Below the pieces are notes generated by a model. It made no database searches. It saw only the letters and a list, made by a program, of their open reading frames with translations, and was not told the DNA's origin. 64,000 nt of DNA, taken from contig PLQC01000076.1 in NCBI GenBank assembly GCA_003159675.1, forward strand, positions 14,899-78,898, in the 5' to 3' direction. Of this stretch, positions 35,199 through 45,007 are shown in pieces; within the stretch, counting starts at the first letter, position 1; each line of letters starts with the position of its first letter. Both the position numbers and the translations under genes were made by a program. This DNA is from Limisphaerales bacterium (GTDB taxonomy: Bacteria; Verrucomicrobiota; Verrucomicrobiia; Limisphaerales; BOG-1460).

Positions 35199-38087
35199 TC
35201 ATGGGGTTTTTCCGTGCGTCAATTCTTTGAGCCGTTGCGAGGCGATCTTGAATTGCGTTGACCCGGGAATGGCATTGGAAAGGTATTGCTCGTAGTAATC
35301 GACGGCGGCATTGGTTTCGTGTTTGCGCCAGGCGATCGCCCCCAATCCGAACAGGGCCAATTTCGAGTTGCCAGTGGCCCTGAGCAATTGCTCGTAATCC
35401 TCGCGCGAGGCATCGAGCTGGCCGGCGCCGAGGTACGCGATCGCCCGATACAGCAGCGCGGCTTCATCGGAGGGCGACAGGAATAGCGCCTTGCTCAGAG
35501 TCGCCGCCGCGTCGTCATATCGCGCCAGCCACAGTAGCGTAACCGCCTTGTGCACGAGCAAATCGGGGTTGTTCGGATCGCGCTTCACCAACTCCTCCAC
35601 CAGGGCCAGCTCCCTTTCCAACTGTCCGCTCGCCGCATACAAATCCGCCGCGCTCGCCACAACCTCGCTTTGCTCCCCGTATCGGCTGACGAAGTCCTCG
35701 ATGCAGGCGACTGCCTCGTTCGTTTCTCCCAGCGCCCGCATCGCCGTCGCCCGGCAGTCCAACAGCTCGGCCAGACCGGCCGCGTCCAGATGCTGGCCGG
35801 AACCCTGGATCCGGTCCGTGAGCTTCACCACTTCGGCAAAGTCCCACAAGCGGAGATAGCTTCGCGCCAGCCACAGTTTGGGCGGCATCCAGTCGGGCGC
35901 CAGTTCCGCGCAGCGCATGAATGCGGCGGCGGCCTGGCGGCTGTTGCCGGAAAACAGCATCACGCGGCCGGTTCGGGATAGAAACGTCGGTTCATCCACC
36001 GGACCGTCACTGCCGAGAACCTCGGCCCACCCGCCATACCGGGCGAACAGATCCCGAAATTGAAGTTCCACCGCTTCGGGATCGAGCCGCGTTTTGTCGC
36101 CCCGCCGGCAGTGTTCGTTGTAAAGGATATTGATCTGCGCCGCGACGTTGTCGGGATTCAGATCGAGCGCCCGCCGAAACCACACGCCGGCTTCCGGCCA
36201 CTGGCCGAGGCGCTGCATCTCCACACCCCAATAGTCCAGCGATTTCGAATACGCGTAGCCGATGCCCATCGCAGTCGGGTTCTGCTGGGTTTGCAGTCGC
36301 AGGAAGCGGAGCGCCGGTCCCGCCCACTCGAGGATGGATCGAGGCCGCTCTTTGGTCTGCCTGGCCAGGTCCATCAGCCCATTCGTCCAACGCTGCTGCC
36401 AGATCAGCTCGTTGGTGGCCACCACCGCATCCGCAAGCTTTTGACCGACCACATCCCGGACCTGGCATGGGACCAGGAGATGGACGGAGCCGTTGGGTTG
36501 ATCGGTGAAGGGTTCGAAGAAAAGGCCGGAGCTTGGATGCAGGTAAAGGACCGGCTCGCGCGCGGCGAACGCCGAAATCAGCTCGAGCATCCCGAGCGGC
36601 CGGATGACCTCCAGTCTATTCGTTGGCGGGGCAACCGGCCACCTCGAACCGAACTGCCGGGCCATTAAAATGTGATACCGGGCCGATCTCAGCGAGCCCG
36701 TTTCGAGCAGGATGGGATCCTTCTCCGGATCGTCGTGGCGGGCGCTCAATTCCGCCCGCAACAGATAGAGATGCTTGGGGTCGTCGCTCAGAACCACGCT
36801 GTTCCCCGCCGGCAGATCCCCGTAAAGCTCCCTGACGAACTCATGGAGCATCGGCCCATTGGTGATCCTCATCTGGCCCAGATTCCTCCAGGCCAGTCCC
36901 AGAGGAAGGGCAAACAGCAATACCCAGGCCCCGGCGACCGGCGCTTTTGCCAGACGCTTGAACGCGCCGCCCGGCTTGAGCAGAAGGAAATAGCCGGCGC
37001 AATACCCGAAGACCAGGGCGGAGATGTAATAATAGGTCAGCATCGGCACCCCCTGGCCCAAATGGCGGGGGCTGAAGGTCGGATCCAGCGCAATCCAGAT
37101 CGGCACGAAAAGAAACAGCCCGTGCACAACATGCCCGGTGGCCTTGGTGAGAAGCACTCCCAATGGCGTGTCGTCACCCAGTTGCACCGTATGTGATTTC
37201 CAGCGGATCGACAGTACCAGCAGCGGCACCAACAACATCGTTGCCATCGCCTCGAACACGGGCGTTCGCAACGAGAGAAGACCCACCGTCTGCGACTTGA
37301 ACTCAAGCTTCAGCGCCGCCCAGAAACCAATGTCCCCGCTCGAGGAAACACCATCCACCGTCGGCATCAGCAAATAAAGGCTGAGCCCGGCCAATCCCCA
37401 CAATGCCATCCGCAGCAGAAAGCGCCGGTCCAGCACCGCGCGCAGCCCCGTCGCCCGCAGAATCGCAGCCAGAAAAATCGGGAGATAACCCAGCATCGCC
37501 CAGTTGTTGGCCATCCCCGCGCCATAGACACAGGCGCATCGGGAAAGCCAGGACGGGTCAGGGTCGATGCGGAATTCGAGCAGGCACCGGATGACGTAGG
37601 CAAACACCAGCAGGTCGATCATCTCTCCGCTGCCCGATGTCGCATGTTCCCAAAAAGTCAATTGCAGCCCGCACACCATCGCCGTCAGGACCGGCGGCAT
37701 CCAGGCCGTCGGGGTGGAAAGAATCGAGGCGGGCCGGTCCTGGAGCAGAAGATCGTCCGGCGCCAGATCGTGGCGCAGCAGCGCGACGGATCGCGACAGC
37801 AGCGCCAGCACCAGGGCGGCGCACACGGCGCTGAACAGGTTGATGGCCGGCGGGATCATCGACTCCGGCAGCCAGCGGAACGGGTACAGGAGCGCGCAGG
37901 TGAGAGGCTGGCCCAGTTCCGGACGCCAATCCCATCCGGAGATCCGTGTCACGGTTCCGAGACTGAGCAGCGAGATCCAGGGATTGATCGTGAGCAGATA
38001 GACCAACAGCCCGCAGGCGCCGACGATCCAGGGAAGGACCATGGTCACAAATCGCCTGGGCACCGCTCCGGTGTGTTCGCTGGTCAT
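35199..38087 (-). CDS. Polytopic membrane protein with a large C-terminal TPR domain (GT-C/DUF2723-like architecture)
   Basis: 962 aa. About 10 N-terminal TM helices, then a soluble half with TPR-like repeats (AVACIEDFVSRYG..., DPNNPDLLVHKAVTLLWLARYDDA..., ALLYRAIAYLGAGQLDAS...). Confidence 0.55.
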   Translation of the reverse strand: MTSEHTGAVPRRFVTMVLPWIVGACGLLVYLLTINPWISLLSLGTVTRISGWDWRPELGQPLTCALLYPFRWLPESMIPPAINLFSAVCAALVLALLSRSVALLRHDLAPDDLLLQDRPASILSTPTAWMPPVLTAMVCGLQLTFWEHATSGSGEMIDLLVFAYVIRCLLEFRIDPDPSWLSRCACVYGAGMANNWAMLGYLPIFLAAILRATGLRAVLDRRFLLRMALWGLAGLSLYLLMPTVDGVSSSGDIGFWAALKLEFKSQTVGLLSLRTPVFEAMATMLLVPLLVLSIRWKSHTVQLGDDTPLGVLLTKATGHVVHGLFLFVPIWIALDPTFSPRHLGQGVPMLTYYYISALVFGYCAGYFLLLKPGGAFKRLAKAPVAGAWVLLFALPLGLAWRNLGQMRITNGPMLHEFVRELYGDLPAGNSVVLSDDPKHLYLLRAELSARHDDPEKDPILLETGSLRSARYHILMARQFGSRWPVAPPTNRLEVIRPLGMLELISAFAAREPVLYLHPSSGLFFEPFTDQPNGSVHLLVPCQVRDVVGQKLADAVVATNELIWQQRWTNGLMDLARQTKERPRSILEWAGPALRFLRLQTQQNPTAMGIGYAYSKSLDYWGVEMQRLGQWPEAGVWFRRALDLNPDNVAAQINILYNEHCRRGDKTRLDPEAVELQFRDLFARYGGWAEVLGSDGPVDEPTFLSRTGRVMLFSGNSRQAAAAFMRCAELAPDWMPPKLWLARSYLRLWDFAEVVKLTDRIQGSGQHLDAAGLAELLDCRATAMRALGETNEAVACIEDFVSRYGEQSEVVASAADLYAASGQLERELALVEELVKRDPNNPDLLVHKAVTLLWLARYDDAAATLSKALFLSPSDEAALLYRAIAYLGAGQLDASREDYEQLLRATGNSKLALFGLGAIAWRKHETNAAVDYYEQYLSNAIPGSTQFKIASQRLKELTHGKTP

Positions 38088-38259
38088 AACGCCACGGCAT
38101 TTGAAGCCGCAAGCGCCGGATTGGCAAGAACGCAGTTGCCGTCGGCCATTCTGGACACACCCCCGTCACGCGCCAACGGGCGGCGCTTATTTCCTCGGGC
38201 CGGAACAGGATCCCCTGCCCCGGCTCCCCCAACGCGTCGGGCGATTACCTGAGGACGGT

Positions 38260-38562
38260 CAAAGGCAATCAGCCCTCGGTCGCCGACAACGTGCAGCAAC
38301 TTGGGGGATCGAGAACGGTCTTCATCTGCGGCTGGATGTCACCGCTGGCGAAGACCGCAGCCGGGTCCGACTGCCCGGGGCGGCCCTGAATCTGGCAATG
38401 ATCCGGCGCGTCACCGTCAGCCTGGCAGTACATTGGATCGGCAAGCGCCGCAATCCACGTCAGGCGGCTCTTCAGGGGTTCTACGACTTCATGACCGCGC
38501 ACAACGCCCAAAAAGCCTTCTCACTTGTAACAGCTTCCAAAGCCTCATGGCTACCGCCTTGA
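38260..38562 (+). pseudogene. C-terminal remnant of an ISAs1/IS4-like DDE transposase
   Basis: ...ATWGIENGLHLRLDVTAGEDRSRVRLPGAALNLAMIRRVTVSL matches the conserved HWxIENxLHWxLDVTFxEDxSRIR...N(F/L)AxxRRxALNLL tail of ISAs1-family transposases. No upstream catalytic region is present. Confidence 0.6.
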
Positions 38563-38630
38563 AAAATCAGCGCTGCTTCGTTTTGGGGCCTGCCGCCTTG
38601 CTGTTGCAACTCGCGGCGGGAATTGATAGG

Positions 38631-38795
38631 ATGCGCCCGTCCATGTGGGCTGTGTTTAAGGAATTCCTGCGCTTCTGCGCGCGGGAGAAGAAATGGTGGT
38701 TGATTCCATTGATCCTGGTGCTGTTGCTCCTGGGTGTCGTCCTCATCTTCAGCGCCAGCTCCGGAATCGCCTGGGCGCTTTATCCGTTCATGTGA
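38631..38795 (+). CDS. DUF5989-like small membrane protein
   Basis: MRPSMWAVFKEFLRFCAREKKWWLIPLILVLLLLGVVLIFSASSGIAWALYPFM. The KKWWLxPxIxxLLLLG pattern and its position just upstream of a carbamoyltransferase are typical of the family. Confidence 0.7.
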   Translation: MRPSMWAVFKEFLRFCAREKKWWLIPLILVLLLLGVVLIFSASSGIAWALYPFM

Positions 38796-38798
38796 TTC

Positions 38799-40584
38799 AT
38801 GCCCGCTCCGCGGAATATCCTCGGCATTTCCGCCTATTACCACGATGCCGCCGCGGCCCTGCTTCGCGATGGAGGCATCGTCGCCGCGGCGCAGGAGGAG
38901 CGTTTCAGCCGGAGGAAAAACGATCCTGATTTCCCGCGCCTGGCCATCCAGTTCTGTCTCCGGCATGCGGGACTTGAGGCCGCCCAACTCGACGCCGTGG
39001 TTTTTTATGACAAACCGGTCCTCAAATTCGCCCGCCTGCTCGAAACGTACCTCGCCGTGGCGCCAGGCGGCTGGCGCACCTTCCCGACGGTCCTGTCCAA
39101 TTGGCTGGGTGAAAAGCTCGATTTGCGAAAGACCATCCGCGAAGAGCTGCCCGGCCTGCGGCCGGAGTGCCCCGTCCTTTTCACCGCGCACCACCAGGCC
39201 CACGCAGCCAGCGCGTTCTTCCCGTCACCCTTTGCCCAGGCGGCCATCCTCACCATCGACGGCGTCGGCGAATGGGCGACCACGACCATCGGTTGCGGGC
39301 GCGGTCATGAAATCCGCCTGCTGAAAGAACTGCGCTTCCCGCACTCGCTCGGGCTGCTTTACTCGGCGTTCACCGATTACTGCGGCTTCCGAATCAACTC
39401 CGGCGAATACAAGCTCATGGGCCTGGCGCCCTACGGCGAACCGAAATACGCCGACACCATCCGTCGCCATCTACTCGACCTGAAGCCCGATGGCTCGTTT
39501 CAGCTCAACCTCGATTACTTCAACTTTCTGCGCGGCACTACCATGACCAACGAACGGTTTTACCGCCTCTTCGACGGGCCCCCGCGCAAACCGGACGATC
39601 CCATCGAAACCCGGCACATGAACGTTGCCCGCTCCATCCAGACGGTCACGGAGGAGGTCATGCTCCTGCTGGCCCGGCACGCCCGCGATGTCACCGGGCT
39701 GAACAACCTCTGCCTCGCCGGCGGAGTCGCCCTCAATTGCGTCGCCAACGGACTTATCCTCAGGAAAAGAATCTTCGACCGTCTCTGGATCCAGCCCGCC
39801 GCGAGCGATGCCGGTGGCGCACTCGGCGCCGCCTTCGCGGCCTGGCACTCGCACTGCGCCGCGTCCCCCGACCCGACTCCCGGGCCGCCGTCGTCCGGGG
39901 CCGACATGATGCAATCCGCCCTGCTCGGGCCCGGATATTCGGACGACCAGATCGAGGCAGCCCTTTGTTCTCACGGCGCGGCCTATCGACGGCTCGAGAC
40001 CCTGGTTCCAGGGCCGGATGGAATTCGGCCCGCGCGCCCTGGGCGGTCGGTCCATACTGGGCGACGCCCGCTCCCCGCGGATGCAGTCGGTGATGAACTT
40101 GAAAGTCAAGTTCCGTGAATCCTTCCGGCCCTTTGCTCCCGTCGTGCTCCGCGAGCGTGTCACCGATTATTTCGATCTGGACGTTGATTCGCCCTACATG
40201 CTGCTGGTGGCGCCGGTCAAAGCCGAATTGCGCCTGCCTCCGCAGCCCGGAGTCCGGGGCTTCGATTTGCTCAAACAACCCCGTTCCACCCTCCCCGCGG
40301 TCACGCACGTCGATTATTCGGCGCGCATCCAAACCGTGGAGCGCGACGGCAATCCGCTGCTCCATGAGCTGCTCGTCCGCTTCGAACGCGCCACCGGCTG
40401 CGCCGTCCTCGTCAACACCTCGTTCAATGTTCGCGGCGAACCTATCGTTTGCACTCCCGACGATGCCTACCGGTGCTTCGTCAACACCGAAATGGATTTC
40501 CTCGTCATGGGGAGTTTCGTCCTGGACCGAACTGCACAACCGGCCCGGCGGATCGATCGGCGCGTTGCACCCCAGTCGGACTGA
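38799..40584 (+). pseudogene. NodU/CmcH-family carbamoyltransferase, reading frame broken near 40000
   Basis: N-terminal part in frame 38799 (ILGISAYYHDAAAALLRDGGIVAAAQEERFSR..., HHQAHAASAFFPSPF, GVGEWATTT, YKLMGLAPYGEP). C-terminal part in frame 40003/40018 (WFQGRMEFGPRALGGRSILGD, FRPFAPVV, AVTHVDYSARIQTV, VNTSFNVRGEPIV). The linker normally preceding VVGWFQGR is absent. Confidence 0.75.
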
Positions 40585-40585
40585 C

Positions 40586-40987
40586 ATGAAATTGAAACTC
40601 AAAGAAGACCCGAAGGAATGGCGCAAGGCGACGCTGCTGACCGCGCTGGCGCTGGCGGTCCTCAGTATCGTGCTGCGCTGGCGTCGCATCCTGCCCGTCA
40701 CCGGTTTCGCCGCGGCTCTCGCCGTGCTCGGCGGCGTAGCGCTCTGCGCTGTGCTGCGACCCGGATGGTTTCGCGGTTACTACCGGTTTTCCAGCCTGAT
40801 CGGCTTTTACGCCGCCCAGTGCCTCGGCATCGTTGCCCTTGTGGTGCTGTTCCTGTTTGTGCTCACGCCGCTCGGCTGGGCTCTGCGTCTGGCAGGCAAG
40901 AACCTTCTGCAACTCAAACCCCGCCGCACGGCGGCGACGTATTGGCATCCGACGGACGAAAGCAGTCCGCTGGATCGCCTGTTCTGA
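40586..40987 (+). CDS. SxtJ-like small membrane protein
   Basis: ATG 1 nt after the carbamoyltransferase stop. 133 aa. MKLKLKEDPKEWRKATLLTAL... with 3-4 TM helices. Usual third member of the DUF5989/carbamoyltransferase/SxtJ cassette. Confidence 0.6.
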   Translation: MKLKLKEDPKEWRKATLLTALALAVLSIVLRWRRILPVTGFAAALAVLGGVALCAVLRPGWFRGYYRFSSLIGFYAAQCLGIVALVVLFLFVLTPLGWALRLAGKNLLQLKPRRTAATYWHPTDESSPLDRLF

Positions 40988-41220
40988 ATCTCCCGTCCTT
41001 CAGGTCAAAGGGTTTTTTGTGGCCGGTTTCACCACGAATTGGATCGGCCGCCCGGCCCCGTTCCCTCTCGTGATGGCGCCGGATGCGCAGATTCTCGAAT
41101 GTGAATGGTGACCGGATTATTTGCCGTTTATGCCCGGATCAATACCATTGCCATCATCGGTGGAAATCTGAGGCCCATCGGTCCAGATCAATTATGGTTT
41201 CCTCGCGTGTTAACAGGCTC

Positions 41221-41248
41221 TTGACATGCTCCCAAAGAGCGGTATATT
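41221..41248 (+). promoter_or_regulatory. Candidate sigma-70-type promoter
   Basis: TTGACA (41221-41226), 16-nt spacer, TATATT (41243-41248), in a low-GC intergenic island about 100 nt upstream of the 41354 ORF. Confidence 0.3.
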
Positions 41249-41353
41249 AAAACTGGCTCGCTTCCCTGGGCGGCTTCCAAGGTGTCCCTCTCTAGTCCGG
41301 CTGAATTCAAAGCCTAAACCATGAACTGCTGCATAACCGCAGCCGATACATCT

Positions 41354-41569
41354 ATGAATATATTACTGCAAAACAAAAAGACATTCAGCTACGTAAGGGA
41401 CCTTTCTACGTGGACGATGCAACGCGAAAAAGCGCACCTGTTTGAAACAGGGATCGAGGCCCTCTTTTTCTGCCTCAACCGCCGTCTTAAGAATATGCAG
41501 ATTCTGGGCGAATTTGTTAACCCGCGAACCAATTTCACGATTCCGGTGACGGACCTCAGGGGCGGCTAA
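41354..41569 (+). CDS. Hypothetical small protein (71 aa) in the low-GC island
   Basis: ATG at 41354 (MNILLQNKKTFSYVRDLSTWT...FTIPVTDLRGG), in frame with the 41321 ORF. Only ORF with a plausible promoter in this region. No homology recognised with certainty. Confidence 0.35.
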   Translation: MNILLQNKKTFSYVRDLSTWTMQREKAHLFETGIEALFFCLNRRLKNMQILGEFVNPRTNFTIPVTDLRGG

Positions 41570-42136
41570 TTTCTGGGCCTGTTCATGTTGAGAATTCGCA
41601 ATTTGTGAACTCTTACAATAAGCCCGAGCGAGCATAGGCAACTCGCACCGGAGCACCAGGCGCGTCAGGGCCGCCGCCAGGTTGGCACGCCAGATCGCAA
41701 ACGACTGGCTGGCACAACCCAGTGAGCCGACCCAACGCAGAAGAATGAAGTAAAATCTGAAGTCATTATGTCACGCCTTATAAAACCTTTCACCGAGATG
41801 TCTTTGAAATTACTCGCCCTCGACACTATCAACGACAGAAGCATTTCGCTGCAATTCCCGGCCTCGATGCCGCAACCGACCTTCCCCGGCGCGACGACTT
41901 CTCTTGAGCAGCCCATGGAACGTCCCCGCGCTCGTTTTGCGTACATTGGCGGATGGCACCATGGAGGAATCAACGAATGACCGCCAGAGGAGTGTTAAAA
42001 GTTTCCGAACAATTCCGAACACTCAAGCCGTGGCCCGTAATCCCAGCCGGGAGAGCGAGAAGGCCTGACTTTTTAAGTTAATCCCTTGACACTACGCGAA
42101 TTACGTAGCCCGTAAGTTGTTGCAACTTAAGAAGGT

Positions 42137-42166
42137 CCGGCCTGCGGCTTGGAAGACGCAGGCCGG
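42137..42166 (-). terminator. GC-rich hairpin downstream of the radical SAM gene (possible terminator, weak U-tract)
   Basis: CCGGCCTGCG (42137-42146) pairs with CGCAGGCCGG (42157-42166), 10-nt loop. A second small hairpin GGCCTTTCGGCC lies at 42178-42189. The minus-strand trailing sequence ACCTTCTT is only moderately T-rich. Confidence 0.35.
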
Positions 42167-42196
42167 GAGTGGGAAATGGCCTTTCGGCCGAAGATT

Positions 42197-43123
42197 CTAA
42201 AAAACTTCAGCTTTCAGACCGGCGACCTGGCGCACGGTGTGAGCGATCCGCGACAACGATTTCAGCGGAAGATGGCTGATGCCCGAATTCGGGGTCGGGC
42301 GCGACGCCGAGTAAATTTGCACGAGCGGGATCTGGGCGCCGCCAGCTTTCAGTTGTTTGAGCCGTTGCGCGTACTGTTCGATCTCCTCGAGCGACGGTTC
42401 CTCGCCGCTGATCGACGGGAACAGGCTCTGGATGGTCACCGGCCGCTGCCGGGCGAGAATCAAGATGTTGTCCAGCACTTTCTCGAGCGGAATCTCCATC
42501 CGATTCACCCGGTTCACGTATGCCTGGGTGCCGCCGTCGAGCTTGGCCCAGATTTCATCCGACTTGGTGAAGAACTTGAGACCCTGCTGCACGCCCGGCT
42601 GGTCGAGGCCGGTGGCGTTGGTCATCAGAACCAGTTTGAAAAAGGGGACACCGCCCAGGGCGCGGATGTGAACCACGGCCTGCACGCATTCCGCAAAGTT
42701 CGCCGCGAATGTCGGCTCGCCGTCTCCGCTCAGCGCGACGTGCCGCAACTGGAGCAATTCGTCCGGCAGCGCGTGATACCATGGACGCTCCCGCAAACGC
42801 CCTTCGCGGACCGCGGCCAGGGTCTTTTTGAGTTCCACCGCCATCGCCTCGGGATCCATCCGCAGTTCGCGCGGTGGATCGGTGCGGTGGACTTCGCAAT
42901 AGACGCACCCGAAGTTGCATTGCTTGTCGGGGTTCATGTTCACCCCCACGGAAAGACCGCGGGCGCGGGCGGAAACCACGACGTAAACAAATCGGTTGTC
43001 CAGGAAATCGCGCGGCGACCCAAAGGCCGTCTCGTGTACTGGAATGGTGCGGGCGAGGATCCGCGTTTTTTTCTTCTCCGCCTGCGGGCTTGCCTCACTA
43101 AGATGATGACTGACTTCTTCCAC
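42197..43123 (-). CDS. Radical SAM protein
   Basis: 308 aa with a GTG start at 43123. CX3CX2C motif CNFGCVYC. SGDGEPT glycine-rich SAM-binding motif. Confidence 0.75.
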   Translation of the reverse strand: MEEVSHHLSEASPQAEKKKTRILARTIPVHETAFGSPRDFLDNRFVYVVVSARARGLSVGVNMNPDKQCNFGCVYCEVHRTDPPRELRMDPEAMAVELKKTLAAVREGRLRERPWYHALPDELLQLRHVALSGDGEPTFAANFAECVQAVVHIRALGGVPFFKLVLMTNATGLDQPGVQQGLKFFTKSDEIWAKLDGGTQAYVNRVNRMEIPLEKVLDNILILARQRPVTIQSLFPSISGEEPSLEEIEQYAQRLKQLKAGGAQIPLVQIYSASRPTPNSGISHLPLKSLSRIAHTVRQVAGLKAEVF

Positions 43124-43317
43124 AATCGTTAAATCACGTTAATATCGCTGTCACTCCTCGACTACACGATGCTTGTCAAAAATTGGACATTTTTTGCGTG
43201 GAATCCCGCGATTTTGGAGTGGGACGATTGCCGGGTGACATTTTTCGGGAGGAGCAGAGCGGGCCTGCCGAGGCGGACCCACCCGTTGAAACCACACCTC
43301 CCCGCGCCCCGCTTTGG

Positions 43318-43346
43318 TTGACTTCGATTACCCGCGCCTTTAGCTT
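43318..43346 (+). promoter_or_regulatory. Candidate sigma-70-type promoter for the fumarate hydratase genes
   Basis: TTGACT (43318-43323), 17-nt spacer, TAGCTT (43341-43346). It lies 18 nt before the ATG at 43364, implying a very short leader. Confidence 0.3.
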
Positions 43347-43363
43347 GCCATCGATGAACACGC

Positions 43364-44232
43364 TGCAAGATTCGCTGCTGGAACTCGTCCGCCGCACCTC
43401 GGCCGAGATTCCCGACGACGTCCACCGGGCAATTCTCGGGTCGCTCGAACAGGAAAAGAAGGGCACGATTGCGGAAAGCGCGATGAAAATCATCGACCAG
43501 AACATCGCGCTGGCCAGGAACAAGTCGCAGCCCATCTGCCAGGATACCGGCAGCATCATCTTCTACGTCGAATGCCCGGTCGGCTACGACCAGGTTGCCT
43601 TCGAGGACGCCGCCCGGGAAGCGGTCAAGCTCGCCACGAAAAAGGGTTTCCTGCGACAGAATTCCGTGGACTCGATGACCGGCAAGAACGACGGCACGAA
43701 TGTCGGCCCGGGATCACCGGCGATTCATTTCCATCAACATCGCTCGTCCGAAGTGAGCGTGCGGCTTGTTCTCAAAGGTGGCGGTTGCGAAAATGTCGGC
43801 GCGCAATACTCGCTTCCGGAGGAGAAGCTCAAGGCCAACCGCGACCTCGATGGCTGCCGGAAATCGATCCTCGATGCCGTGCTGCAGGCGCAGGGCAAGG
43901 GCTGCGGCCCGGGCATTCTGGGCGTGTGCATCGGCGGCGACCGCGCCACGGGATATGAGTTCTCCAAACAGCAATTCCTGAGGAAGCTCGACGACCACAA
44001 TCCGGATCCGGAGCTCGCCAAGCTCGAGCAGGACATCGTCGAAACGGCCAACAAACTCGGCATCGGTCCGATGGGTTTCGGCGGCAGGACAACTTTGCTC
44101 GGCACGAAAATCGGCGTGTTGAACCGATTGCCGGCCTCCTATTTTGTCAGCGTCAGCTATATGTGCTGGGCGTACCGTCGCCAAGGGGTGACACTCGATT
44201 CCGATGGAAGGATTGAAAAATGGCTGTATTGA
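43364..44232 (+). CDS. Class I (Fe-S) fumarate hydratase / L(+)-tartrate dehydratase alpha subunit
   Basis: MNTLQDSLLELVRRTSAEIPDDV... with PICQDTGSIIFYVE (the cluster-ligand CQDTG motif). 289 aa. Confidence 0.8.
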
Positions 44233-44311
44233 AAATGGACGGGATGGCAGTGCCCGATTGCGGTCGGAGCCGGCATTCCGATGATCCATCGATCCAAGAC
44301 TCGAAGACTCC

Positions 44312-44887
44312 ATGAAAGAACTTTCATTCCCCTTCACCGAAGAGAAAATTCGCGCGCTGCAGGTCGGCGACGAAGTCGCCATCACCGGCACCGTGTTCAC
44401 TGGCCGGGACGCGGTCCATAAATATCTTCACGACGGCGGTCGGCTTCCCTCCGGCGTGAACCTCCGGAATGGGATTTTGTATCACTGCGGCCCGGTGGTC
44501 ATCAAGGATGCACAGGGCCAATGGAACTGCACCGCGGCCGGCCCGACGACGTCCATCCGCGAAGAGCCGTATCAATGGGAGGTCATCCGCGACCTCGGCC
44601 TGCGCGGGGTGATCGGGAAGGGCGGCATGGGGGACAAGACGCTCGAAGCCTGCAAACAGCATGGCTGTGTCTATCTGCACGCGGTCGGCGGCGCGGCCCA
44701 GGTCCTGGCCGAGTGCATCAAGCGCGTGCGCAATGTTTACATGATGGAACAGTTCGGCGCGCCTGAAGCGATCTGGGAATTTGAAGTCGAACACTTCCCC
44801 GCTGTGGTTACCATGGATGCCAACGGCCATTCACTCCACAAGGAAGTCTTCGCCGCCAGCCGCGAGGAACTGGAAAAATACCTGTAA
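44312..44887 (+). CDS. Class I fumarate hydratase / tartrate dehydratase beta subunit
   Basis: 191 aa. GDEVAITGTVFTGRDAVHKYL, GPTTSIREEPY, GKGGMGDKTLEACKQHGCVYLHAVGGAA. Confidence 0.8.
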   Translation: MKELSFPFTEEKIRALQVGDEVAITGTVFTGRDAVHKYLHDGGRLPSGVNLRNGILYHCGPVVIKDAQGQWNCTAAGPTTSIREEPYQWEVIRDLGLRGVIGKGGMGDKTLEACKQHGCVYLHAVGGAAQVLAECIKRVRNVYMMEQFGAPEAIWEFEVEHFPAVVTMDANGHSLHKEVFAASREELEKYL

Positions 44888-45007
44888 GGAAACCGTCACG
44901 GCTACCCGGCCGCATCGATCAATTCGATCCGCCGCTGGTGTCTCCCGCCTTCAAAGGGCGTCGCGAGCCATACGCGAACCATTTCCAGCGCGGTTTCGAC
45001 ATTGATC

